Assembly (NCBI GenBank): GCA_028820635.1
Contig: JAPPIG010000101.1
Location: 17,484 to 81,483, forward strand
DNA from: Candidatus Poribacteria bacterium
GTDB taxonomy: Bacteria > Poribacteria > WGA-4E > WGA-3G
Direction of reading: 5' to 3'
DNA length: 64,000 nucleotides
The position numbers were made by a program, and so were the translations under genes. Shown piece after piece: positions 9,575 to 17,594 of this stretch (its first letter is position 1; every line of letters begins with the position of its first letter). The notes under the pieces are model-generated. The model did no database searches and had not been told where the DNA came from. It saw only the letters and a list, made by a program, of their open reading frames with translations.

Positions 9575-10615
9575 ATGTATAAAACTGCGATGTTGGGATG
9601 CGGTGGTCGCGCCCGTGGACACGCAGATGCTTATCGCTTTGTGAAAGGTGGTAAACTTGCAGCAATCTGTGATATGAACGTAGAGCGACTCAACAACTTC
9701 GGGGATGACTTCAATATCTCTTCCCGTTATACCGACTTGGACGAGATGCTTGAAAAAGAGAAGCCAGATGTCTTGCATATCGTCACATGTCCCGTGCTTC
9801 CGAGTAGTAACGAACGTATCCGCTATCCGTTGATGAAACAGGCATCCGATCATGGCGTGCCAGCGGCGATTGTGGAAAAACCAGTCGCTATTGAAGGCGA
9901 GGATTGGAAGCAGATTGCAAGGTTAGCAGAAGAGACGAAAACGAAATTTGTCGTCAATACACAGCTCGACTTCCACCCAAAAAATCTTGAATTGAGAAAA
10001 GATGTCGTGGAAGGAAGAATCGGTGAGATTAGGTTTGTTGATGCCAGTGCGCGCAGCATGCCTGCTGAGCAAGGAGCACACGTGCTACAATTGGTGTCCT
10101 CCTACATTGACAACTCACGTCCAGTACGAGTTCTTGGACAAATCTCTGGAAGCAAGAATTTACATTCTGCTTCGCATCCCTCTCCGCTGCATGCAGTCGG
10201 GCATGTTTTGTATGAGAACGGTGTCCACGTCTCTCTTGCATTTGGAACAGAGATGGCACAAATGGCATCCGATGACCCGGGTATTTATGGTCACAAACGT
10301 GTTTTAGTTGCTGGTACGAAGGGCTTCATTCATTGGCGTTTCAGTAGTTGGGAACGCTCAACACTGGAGAATGGCTATGAGAGTGGACCACTGAACTACG
10401 GAGAGCAAGATGTTGTTGCGCAGGCAAACTTCACTGAAGCCATTTTTGATTGGTTAGACGATGAGAACAATGTGCATCCGACGCATCTCAAGCAATCGCT
10501 TGTTGAGTTTAATATTATCTTAGGGATGTACTACAGTGGAATAACAAACGAGATTATTGAACTCCCGTTTGAACCACCCGATGGATTGATTGATGTTTTG
10601 CAAGAAAAACTATAA
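9575..10615 (+). CDS. Gfo/Idh/MocA-type oxidoreductase, tandem paralogue 5 of 6
   Basis: I prefer ATG 9575 (MYKTAMLGCGG, with GGAGA 4 nt upstream) over the ORF-track ATG at 9554. It is 346 aa because of a one-residue insertion (SASHPSP). DxxxH reads AEQGAHV, so Asp is replaced by Glu. Confidence 0.85.
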   Translation: MYKTAMLGCGGRARGHADAYRFVKGGKLAAICDMNVERLNNFGDDFNISSRYTDLDEMLEKEKPDVLHIVTCPVLPSSNERIRYPLMKQASDHGVPAAIVEKPVAIEGEDWKQIARLAEETKTKFVVNTQLDFHPKNLELRKDVVEGRIGEIRFVDASARSMPAEQGAHVLQLVSSYIDNSRPVRVLGQISGSKNLHSASHPSPLHAVGHVLYENGVHVSLAFGTEMAQMASDDPGIYGHKRVLVAGTKGFIHWRFSSWERSTLENGYESGPLNYGEQDVVAQANFTEAIFDWLDDENNVHPTHLKQSLVEFNIILGMYYSGITNEIIELPFEPPDGLIDVLQEKL

Positions 10616-10692
10616 AACGTTGACTTACATTGTGTTTGTTGTTAACACTATCTATTTTGGTTTAAACCAGCATACTATTAAGGAGATTCTTT

Positions 10693-11730
10693 ATGTATAA
10701 AACAGCGATGTTAGGTTGTGGTGGTCGTGCCCGTGCACATGCTGATGCATACCGCTTTGTGAAAGGCGGCAAACTCACAGCGATCTGCGATATGAACGAA
10801 GAACTCCTCAACAAATTCGGAGATGATTTCAGTATCTCTTCGCGTTACACGGATTTAGATGAGATGCTTGAAAAAGAAAAACCGGATGTGCTTCACATCG
10901 TCACGGCACCATTGTTTCGTGATTCAAATGAACGTATTCGGTATCCTTTGATGCAACAAGCATCAGACCACGGCGTACCAGCAGCGATTGTAGAGAAACC
11001 GATTGCCATTGAAAGTGAAGGCTGGAAACAAATTTCTGGGTTAGCAGAAGAGACAAAAACAAAGTTTGTTGTCAATACGCAGCTTAACTTTCATCCACAA
11101 AACCTTGAACTGAAGCAGGACGTAGCAGAAGGTAAAATCGGTGAAATCAAGTTTATTGATGCAACCGCTCTCAGCACACCTGTAGATCAAGGCCCACACG
11201 TGCTTCAGTTAGTTTCATCTTATATTGATAATTCGCGTCCAGTCCGCGTATTAGGGCAAATTTCTGGAGGTGCAAATTTAGATTCTGCGCAGCCATCTCC
11301 ACAATATGCTGCTGCAAGAGTTCAGTATGAGAATGGACTGCATGTCTCTTACGCATTTGGGACAGCCATCGCACCCTTTGGCTCCGATGATCCGAAGGCT
11401 TTCTTTACTAAACGCGTCTTTGTTGTTGGCACAGACGGATATGTGCATTGGCGGTTCAATAGTTGGGAACGTTCGACCAGAGAAGGCGGCTACGAAGGGG
11501 GTCCGCTCAACTACGGGCAGCAGGATGTTGTTGCCCAAGGTAATCTCACCAATGCTGTTTTTGATTGGCTTGATGACGAGAAGAAAGTGCATCCGACACA
11601 TCTCAAGCAATCCCTCGTGGAGTTCAATCTGCTTTTAGGAATATACTATAGCGGTATTACAAACGAGATAATTGAACTTCCATTTGATCCGCCAGATGGG
11701 TTAATGGATTCGCTTAGGGAGCGATTGTAA
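10693..11730 (+). CDS. Gfo/Idh/MocA-type oxidoreductase, tandem paralogue 6 of 6
   Basis: Same motifs as paralogue 1. AAGGAGA Shine-Dalgarno. Confidence 0.85.
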   Translation: MYKTAMLGCGGRARAHADAYRFVKGGKLTAICDMNEELLNKFGDDFSISSRYTDLDEMLEKEKPDVLHIVTAPLFRDSNERIRYPLMQQASDHGVPAAIVEKPIAIESEGWKQISGLAEETKTKFVVNTQLNFHPQNLELKQDVAEGKIGEIKFIDATALSTPVDQGPHVLQLVSSYIDNSRPVRVLGQISGGANLDSAQPSPQYAAARVQYENGLHVSYAFGTAIAPFGSDDPKAFFTKRVFVVGTDGYVHWRFNSWERSTREGGYEGGPLNYGQQDVVAQGNLTNAVFDWLDDEKKVHPTHLKQSLVEFNLLLGIYYSGITNEIIELPFDPPDGLMDSLRERL

Positions 11731-11806
11731 TTAGCGTGTACATAACTTTTGCTATTGCGAGTTATGGAAATATGTGAACATTTCAGTGGATAGCAACTTC
11801 CACCCG

Positions 11807-11930
11807 GTAGGCGAGGTTTCCTAACCTCGCCAGTTATGGTGTATAGTGGTCTATCTACTCTAAAATCATAGGTCGCGATTCGGAGATCGCTCCTACCGAG
11901 AACATTGTAGGAGGAACTCCGATTCCCGAC
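11807..11930. repeat. Cluster of GTAGG-headed REP units after the array
   Basis: GTAGGCGAGGTTTCCTAACCTCGCC at 11807-11831. GTCGCGATTCGGAGATCGCTCCTAC at 11872-11896 (inverted half). TGTAGGAGGAACTCCGATTCCCGAC at 11906-11930. Confidence 0.7.
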
Positions 11931-11955
11931 TATTGATGAGACATATAAGTTTAGG

Positions 11956-12138
11956 ATGGACTATCCACTACCCTTTACTATCGGAAGTAGAAACGGACAA
12001 AACTTCTTTGCTGGTGTTGTTGACGAAGTGGCATTTTGGAACGAGGCAATTTCTGTTGAGGAATCCATGAACCCATCACCTGTACAACCAAAAGGTAAAC
12101 TCACAACCACTTGGGGTAAGATAAAAGATCGCCACTAA
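11956..12138 (+). pseudogene. C-terminal remnant of a LamG/concanavalin-like domain protein
   Basis: This 60-aa ORF carries FAGVVDEVAFWNEAIS, the typical last-strand motif of LamG-domain proteins. The N-terminal ~150 aa of such a domain is missing, and stop codons and REP units lie immediately upstream. Confidence 0.4.
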
Positions 12139-12142
12139 AAAG

Positions 12143-12994
12143 ATGGAAACCAATTCTGAAAAATTCGCTGAAGATGGCTACCTTGTCGTGAAAGCGGCAC
12201 TACACTCAGATGATTTGGCTCCGTTAATTGCGGTTATTTCTGAAGTTGTTGACAAACGCGCACAAGAATTTCGCAACGCTGGAACAATCTCAGATATTTA
12301 CGGAGACATGCCATTTGAACGGCGCTGGTATACCATCCTTCAGGAATGCGGTAGAGAAAATGAGGTGTTTGGCTGGCATACACTCGTTTTTAGTGAAGCA
12401 CTCTTCAACTTAATCACACATCCAAAAGTGTTAGATGTTGTAGAAACAATTATCGGTTGTGAGATTCAGTTCAACGGTGATTTTTGGGTGCGCCCGAAAT
12501 TGCCCAACGAAAAACTCACGACATTGCCTTGGCACCAAGACAGTGCCTACATGCCTCATACAGAAAAGGATACACACCTAACAGTATGGCTGCCGTTAGT
12601 AGATGTTGAAGTAGAAAACGGTGCGCTGCAATTTTTGCCCGGTAGCCATACATCTGGTTTACAAACCTACCATCGTGTTGAAGGCGAGGCGTTCGCTGTT
12701 CCAGTGCTATCTCCGACATCATCCCACAACAATATTGACACATTAGAAATGAAAAAAGGGGACCTGCTGATTTTTAACAATCTGGTATTTCACCGTTCTT
12801 TGCTAAACTGTAGCGATATTATTCGTTGGTCTGTTGATTTTCGGTTTAGTCGGAGTGACACATCGTTAGATGGACTCTGGCACGAAGCGATTGCGTGTCC
12901 CGTTCGCAATGGAAACAACGAGCAGTGTCTAACATCATGGGATGCTTGGCAAACACAATGGGAAGCAAGTCCACATAAAGGCAAATTTGTTTAA
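12143..12994 (+). CDS. Phytanoyl-CoA dioxygenase (PhyH) family Fe(II)/2-oxoglutarate oxygenase
   Basis: The start FAEDGYLVVKAAL, the HxD motif in WHQDSAY, and a distal His in VFHRS. Confidence 0.7.
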   Translation: METNSEKFAEDGYLVVKAALHSDDLAPLIAVISEVVDKRAQEFRNAGTISDIYGDMPFERRWYTILQECGRENEVFGWHTLVFSEALFNLITHPKVLDVVETIIGCEIQFNGDFWVRPKLPNEKLTTLPWHQDSAYMPHTEKDTHLTVWLPLVDVEVENGALQFLPGSHTSGLQTYHRVEGEAFAVPVLSPTSSHNNIDTLEMKKGDLLIFNNLVFHRSLLNCSDIIRWSVDFRFSRSDTSLDGLWHEAIACPVRNGNNEQCLTSWDAWQTQWEASPHKGKFV

Positions 12995-13911
12995 TCTTCA
13001 GACTGCGTTGTTAACGTTTCTCTATAGTGTAACGCTTCAATGGCTGCTTTTCTCATTTCTTGTTGCTGCTGTAACGGGGCACCTGCGGCTCCTGGCGCAG
13101 CAGCGTGCGGTTTAAAGATGAAAACCATGGTCACTTTGTCGTCAACATCAAAATCAAATGAGATACCTCTTTTCAAGTACCAATGCGTTTTCACACCATC
13201 TTTAAGAAGGTCTTCTCGTTCGGCATTTCCAAACTCCTCCTCCACCTGCTTGAGTGTATTTCCAATACCTCTTCTGCCTGCTGTTTTTGCTTTATTAGGT
13301 CTTCTCACAAATATATCTGTAACAAGATTATTATTATCTACAAAACCGGATAACCCTTTGTCAGGATTCCAATACGAAAAATGCCGATCTACACCAAGGG
13401 GACCGTCCGGCTCTCCATGAACTTTTTCAACATTCTTAAACGGATCTCCTAACTTGATACCAGCGGCGCTCCTGCCAGGCACGATAAGATTTATTTGCGG
13501 AGGGTCGGGGTCTGGTAATATCTCTTCTATAGGATCTGGTGGGATGAATTTCTTGTTTGCGCTCTTTTTCACTCGCTTTGTAGATTTGGAAACACCATCA
13601 CTCACAATAACTGTCACTGTAACCGACTCAATATCCGGAGGCGCAGTCCATTTTACAGTTGTTCCCGTTGTTGAACTTAGTTTTCCTGCACTCACTGTCC
13701 AAGTATAGTCCAATGGGTCGCCATCTTCATCAAAAGCAATTACCTTGAATTCAAGAGTTTCTCCCGGGTTGAATTCGGTTGGAACAAGAAAAGTGTCAAC
13801 AGTAGGTGAGTTGTTGGTTGGTTCATCACTATCGTCCGAACCACAACCAGCAATGTAAAGGCTGATTAGACATACCATAACAAGACTTATTAAACGATAT
13901 TTATTTTTCAT
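12991..13911 (-). CDS. Secreted lipoprotein with a PKD/Ig-like domain
   Basis: Lipobox IAGC. DEDGDPLDYTWTVSAG...VKWTAP is typical of PKD/cadherin-like Ig folds. The C-terminal tail is low-complexity. Confidence 0.55.
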   Translation of the reverse strand: MKNKYRLISLVMVCLISLYIAGCGSDDSDEPTNNSPTVDTFLVPTEFNPGETLEFKVIAFDEDGDPLDYTWTVSAGKLSSTTGTTVKWTAPPDIESVTVTVIVSDGVSKSTKRVKKSANKKFIPPDPIEEILPDPDPPQINLIVPGRSAAGIKLGDPFKNVEKVHGEPDGPLGVDRHFSYWNPDKGLSGFVDNNNLVTDIFVRRPNKAKTAGRRGIGNTLKQVEEEFGNAEREDLLKDGVKTHWYLKRGISFDFDVDDKVTMVFIFKPHAAAPGAAGAPLQQQQEMRKAAIEALHYRETLTTQSED

Positions 13912-13921
13912 TTATATCTCC

Positions 13922-14878
13922 TTAAAATTCAGTAGTTTCTCCTGTTTTCAAAACAACATAACTACGATATCGTTCTGGGTGTATCTCCCCGGATTCAACG
14001 GCACTTTGAATGGCACAGTCAGATTCTTTAACGTGTGCACAATCGTTATATCTACATTCACCAAGAAAAACTTCCATCTCAGGAAAATAAAGTTCAAGAT
14101 TTTCTGTATCAATACCCCACAAACCGACCTCTCGGATACCGGGTGTATCTGCAACTTCACCACCAATTTCGAGAGAAAACAATTCTACGAGCGTTGTTGT
14201 GTGTCTACCTTTTCGAGTTTTTGAACCTACTTCCGCAGTTCTTAATTTAAGATCCGGTTGTATGGCATTTAAGAGGCTTGATTTTCCTACACCGGATGCT
14301 CCTACAATTACACTAAATTTATCTCTTAGTGCATTCCGCAAAGATTCAAGGGTTGTGGACGTATTTATGCTCGTGTACAATACTTGGTAGCCGAGTTTCT
14401 CGTAGATTTGGAAAGTAGAGGTAAGTTGTTCACGCTGCGTTGAATCTACTAAGTCCATTTTATTCAAGCAGATAACCGCTGCCATGTCTCCTGCCTCTGC
14501 TAAAATCAGAAACCGATCCAGTGTCCGAAAGTTTAGAGGAGGCATCCGTGTTGAAACAACGGCTACTACCTGATCTGCATTGGCAACAATAATTTGTTCA
14601 ATTTCTTCATGTTTTCCCGCATACTGCCGTGAGAATTTGGTTTGGCGTGAAAGGATTTCCTCAACGACACCTTCTTCTGAATCAAGTTGAGTAAAAATAA
14701 CTTGGTCCCCAACAGCGACTGGGTCAGCATAAAGCCTACGTCCTGTTTCGGAACGTCGTTTTCTTTTTAATGTGCCGCGTAATGTGCATCGCAGAACAAG
14801 TTCACCGTGCTGAACATCATAAAATCCTGTTCGTGCTCGGATGACTCTGCCTTGTTCACGGGTAAGGATAAATGCCAC
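13922..14878 (-). CDS. rsgA: Ribosome small-subunit-dependent GTPase A
   Basis: Circularly permuted GTPase motifs (NKMDL, GASGVGKSSLLNA, DTPG) and the C-terminal zinc motif CRYNDCAHVKESDCA. Confidence 0.9.
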   Translation of the reverse strand: MAFILTREQGRVIRARTGFYDVQHGELVLRCTLRGTLKRKRRSETGRRLYADPVAVGDQVIFTQLDSEEGVVEEILSRQTKFSRQYAGKHEEIEQIIVANADQVVAVVSTRMPPLNFRTLDRFLILAEAGDMAAVICLNKMDLVDSTQREQLTSTFQIYEKLGYQVLYTSINTSTTLESLRNALRDKFSVIVGASGVGKSSLLNAIQPDLKLRTAEVGSKTRKGRHTTTLVELFSLEIGGEVADTPGIREVGLWGIDTENLELYFPEMEVFLGECRYNDCAHVKESDCAIQSAVESGEIHPERYRSYVVLKTGETTEF

Positions 14879-14945
14879 CTCCCAGTTATGGATGTGTAGA
14901 ATTTCGTATTAGTTTGGTGTTTTCTAAAAACATTCTTTCCTACCA

Positions 14946-15060
14946 AATCAACATCAAATGCGGGTTTGGAATTTGGCACTTCGGACATTCTTTCTGTAGG
15001 AGGGAACTCCGATTCCCGACTACGATTGGCTTTGGTCGCGATTCGGAGATCGCTCCTACA
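14946..15060. repeat. Composite repeat: AATCAAC...hairpin motif plus a REPIN doublet
   Basis: The doublet at 14994-15060 is CTGTAGGAGGGAACTCCGATTCCCGAC-N14-GTCGCGATTCGGAGATCGCTCCTACA. It is near-identical to 16353-16419 and related to 30108-30171, 33838-33900 and 11872-11930. Confidence 0.85.
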
Positions 15061-15126
15061 AATCAGGTGTATAATTATTTCAATAATTCACCATAAATAC
15101 ATAGATTGTATATTAGATCGTTGACT

Positions 15127-15894
15127 TCAAACATATTTTTTCATTGTTTTTAATGCAGTTTCAATATCTGCATCAAAGTTTTCAAATTTGCACTCACACG
15201 AGATGCGTCCGTCGTATCCTGCTTTTTGTAGTGCGGTAAAGAAATCTGAAAAATCAAAGTCATCATTTCCAGGATAGGAGCGTTTGACAGGTTCAGCGAT
15301 ATGAACATGTGCTAACCATTCTGCAGCGTCAACAATGTTTTGCATCGGTTCGTTTTCTTGCCAGACGTGATATAGGTCAGCCAATGTTTTAATTCCTTTT
15401 CGGTTGACACGTTTTGCCATCGCTAATCCGTCTGCAACAGTGCGTAATATGTTTCCCTCTTTTAGACATATCGGTTCAATAACAATTGTGATGCCGTGTG
15501 CTTCCGCATGGTCAGCACCCATATCAAGAAATTCTGCGATCTGTGCTAATGCTCGTTCTTCTGAATAACCTTCCTCAACGTTTCGTGAACCGCTGCTGCC
15601 GTAAACGATGACTTCTCCGCCAATCTCGTTGGCTCTACGACATGCAGTTTCCACATACCGAGACAAACGTTCAAAATCCACTGTGTCACCGACAACGCGC
15701 AGGTCTCTGGGGATAAATCCGGCATACGCTTCAGGTTTCAAGGGTGCTTCTACCACCCGTTCTCGAATCTTCTGAAATTCGGTTTCATCTGCTTCTGGCA
15801 TAAGTGCATTTCGTACACCTAATTCAATATAGTCGTATCCGACTTCCGCAAGCCGATTAACATTTTCTAAACCAGTACATATTCCAAATCGCAT
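15127..15894 (-). CDS. Sugar phosphate isomerase/epimerase (xylose isomerase-like TIM barrel)
   Basis: 255 aa. The MRFGICT start, YDYIEL and the overall pattern fit the AP_endonuc_2 family. Confidence 0.7.
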   Translation of the reverse strand: MRFGICTGLENVNRLAEVGYDYIELGVRNALMPEADETEFQKIRERVVEAPLKPEAYAGFIPRDLRVVGDTVDFERLSRYVETACRRANEIGGEVIVYGSSGSRNVEEGYSEERALAQIAEFLDMGADHAEAHGITIVIEPICLKEGNILRTVADGLAMAKRVNRKGIKTLADLYHVWQENEPMQNIVDAAEWLAHVHIAEPVKRSYPGNDDFDFSDFFTALQKAGYDGRISCECKFENFDADIETALKTMKKYV

Positions 15895-15917
15895 GAGTTA
15901 CTCCAAAATAGATGTGT

Positions 15918-16265
15918 TTAAAAAGCAAAAATAAAAAAGCGTATCACAGTTTCGATTATAGAAATTAACACTGCCGCGATGAGCGTGTTTAGGAAGCCGT
16001 CAATTTCGAATCCATCAACCAGTTTGTTGGTAATCCAAAGCAGAAATGCATTGATGACAAAGTAAAAGAGTCCCAACGTTAAAATCATAAATGGAAGCGA
16101 TAAAAATACCAAAATTCCGGTGAAGAGAAACTTGAAAATTCCATATACAAGAGCAACCCCCACCGCAGTTGCACACCCTTTAACTCGAACTGCAGGCAAA
16201 ATATATGTCACAATCAAAACTGAAACACTCAGTATCAGTAGGTTCAAAATCCAATTTATTAGCAT
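15918..16265 (-). CDS. Small 4-TM membrane protein of the phage-holin-4_2 (PF04020-like) family
   Basis: 115 aa with four hydrophobic helices. The pattern ...AVRVKGCATAVGVALVYGI...NAFLLWITNKLVDGFEIDGF matches that family as I recall it. Confidence 0.55.
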   Translation of the reverse strand: MLINWILNLLILSVSVLIVTYILPAVRVKGCATAVGVALVYGIFKFLFTGILVFLSLPFMILTLGLFYFVINAFLLWITNKLVDGFEIDGFLNTLIAAVLISIIETVIRFFIFAF

Positions 16266-16352
16266 TTTAAATTCTCCAAGACATGTGTTTGAAAAGATAT
16301 ATTTGACACCGATTGTTTATATAGATTTTAGAATTAACTGGACATTATTCAT

Positions 16353-16419
16353 CTGTAGGAGGGAACTTCGATTCCCGACTACGATTGGCTTTGGTCGCGA
16401 TTCGGAGATCGCTCCTACA
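16353..16419. repeat. REPIN doublet (same family as 14994-15060)
   Basis: CTGTAGGAGGGAACTTCGATTCCCGACTACGATTGGCTTTGGTCGCGATTCGGAGATCGCTCCTACA. Confidence 0.85.
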
Positions 16420-16470
16420 GGTGAAATGTTTAATGATTTCAATAATTTACTATAAACATTATTTTTTAGT

Positions 16471-16789
16471 TGGTGCTGTGCTAAGTATCACCATAAGTGT
16501 CAATTTAGCGAGTAACATTTGTGCATTTGATACACCTTTCGCCCCTCTGGGGCTTGATGAATACGGACATTATGCTGCTATACACCTTTCGCCTCTCCGA
16601 GGCTTTGGCAAATAGCATCATAGCACCAGCGGTGCGGAATGTTTATAGAATACACGTGCCATAAGAAACCAAGCACCAGCGGTGCGAAAGGTGTATAACA
16701 CAAAATCGGGCTTACAAAGCCCTCCCACAAGAAGAAATCCGCAATTTTTTCTTAAATTGACACCTATGGTACTGTGCTAAGTATCACCA
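16471..16789. repeat. Nested repeat block bounded by a 23-nt direct repeat
   Basis: Direct repeat TGGT[G/A]CTGTGCTAAGTATCACCA at 16471-16493 and 16767-16789. Inverted repeat GTGTCAATTTA (16497-16507) / TAAATTGACAC (16753-16763). Four hairpin-plus-GAAAGGTGTAT units at 16530-16553, 16580-16603, 16623-16647 and 16673-16697. A REP unit at 16702-16733. Confidence 0.75.
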
Positions 16790-16790
16790 A

Positions 16791-17594
16791 TCATTTTCCG
16801 AAGCGGCGTTTACGATGGCTATAGTCACGCAAAGCTCGGAGAAAGTCAATTTTTCTAAACGAGGGCCAATAAGTATCACAAAAATAGAATTCTGAATAGA
16901 CGCTCTGCCACAATAGAAAACCAGATAGACGCACCTCTCCGCTCGTGCGAATAATTAGTTCTGGGTCGGGAAGATTAGAAGTATATAAATATGGTGCGAT
17001 TTTATCAACACTCAATTCTTCAACGATTTGATCGGCATCTTTACCATCCTGAATTTCCGCTTTTAGATGTCCTTTAAATGCCTCAATTATTTCCTCGCGT
17101 CCACCGTAAGCGACAGCAACATTCAGGATAAACTTGTCATAGTTTTTTGTCGCTTCTTCTGCTTGACGAATTGCTTCTTGAAGACTGGGCGGCAGTTGTT
17201 CAATTTGTCCCATTGCTCGCACTTTAATCTGGTTAGCATGTAGCCCTTCAATAGTCACCAATTCACGCATTTTTCTTTCGATTAATCCTAAGATTCCTTC
17301 AACTTCATCATCTGCGCGCTTGAAGTTATCCAGTGAGAAAATCCATATTGAAAAGATTTCAACACCAAGTTCATCACACCAATGGAGAACCTCTTCAAGT
17401 TTGTCTGCGCCTTCATAATGTCCTTTTATTATATCGTCTAACCCACTGGCTTTGGCGTAGCGGCGGTTTCCATCAAGAATAACACCAATATGGCGTGGTA
17501 TATTCCACGTACCTGCTTCCGCTTCCAGCCGTTTTTGGTACGCGTTGTAAAATCGCTTTTCGATCTTATTTTTAAGGAATTTAAGTGGCTTCAT
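16791..17594 (-). CDS. uppS: Isoprenyl transferase (undecaprenyl-diphosphate synthase family)
   Basis: HIGVILDGNRRYA, the RTSGEVRLSGFLLWQ signature and the C-terminal RRFG. Confidence 0.9.
   Translation of the reverse strand: MKPLKFLKNKIEKRFYNAYQKRLEAEAGTWNIPRHIGVILDGNRRYAKASGLDDIIKGHYEGADKLEEVLHWCDELGVEIFSIWIFSLDNFKRADDEVEGILGLIERKMRELVTIEGLHANQIKVRAMGQIEQLPPSLQEAIRQAEEATKNYDKFILNVAVAYGGREEIIEAFKGHLKAEIQDGKDADQIVEELSVDKIAPYLYTSNLPDPELIIRTSGEVRLSGFLLWQSVYSEFYFCDTYWPSFRKIDFLRALRDYSHRKRRFGK

Noticed and set aside
5424-11409. The hypervariable loop in the paralogue array could be the target of a diversity-generating retroelement.
   Set aside because: The window has no reverse transcriptase and no template repeat. 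The loop differences are not restricted to adenine-templated positions. Ordinary paralogue divergence is sufficient to explain them.
4825-11638. Many 60-170-aa ORFs inside the six paralogues, antisense or out of frame (for example 4910-5221, 5311-5703, 5361-5675, 6080-6409, 6481-6873, 7936-8163, 8869-9369, 9512-9853, 11278-11610, 11306-11638). They recur with similar sequences from copy to copy.
   Set aside because: They recur only because the host genes are paralogous. They lack ribosome-binding sites and recognisable motifs, and they lie wholly within strongly supported CDSs.
15918-16265. The holin-family (PF04020-like) membrane protein could be a sign of a prophage.
   Set aside because: No other phage genes (lysin, terminase, capsid, integrase) are nearby. 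This family is widespread as a stand-alone chromosomal membrane protein.
14872-16455. ORFs 14872-15096 and 16120-16455 share the peptide CRRELRFPTTIGFGRDSEIAPT, and ORF 30009-30197 has a related GGRELRFPTAPNF... peptide. They look like a small protein family.
   Set aside because: The shared peptide is simply the translation of the REPIN doublet. Outside the repeat the ORFs are unrelated, and they overlap real genes on the other strand.
16530-16697. Four ~25-nt repeat units spaced ~50 nt apart resemble a miniature CRISPR array.
   Set aside because: Two units are inverted relative to the other two and one is degenerate. There are only four copies, no leader and no cas genes. The pattern fits a palindromic repeat block, not CRISPR.
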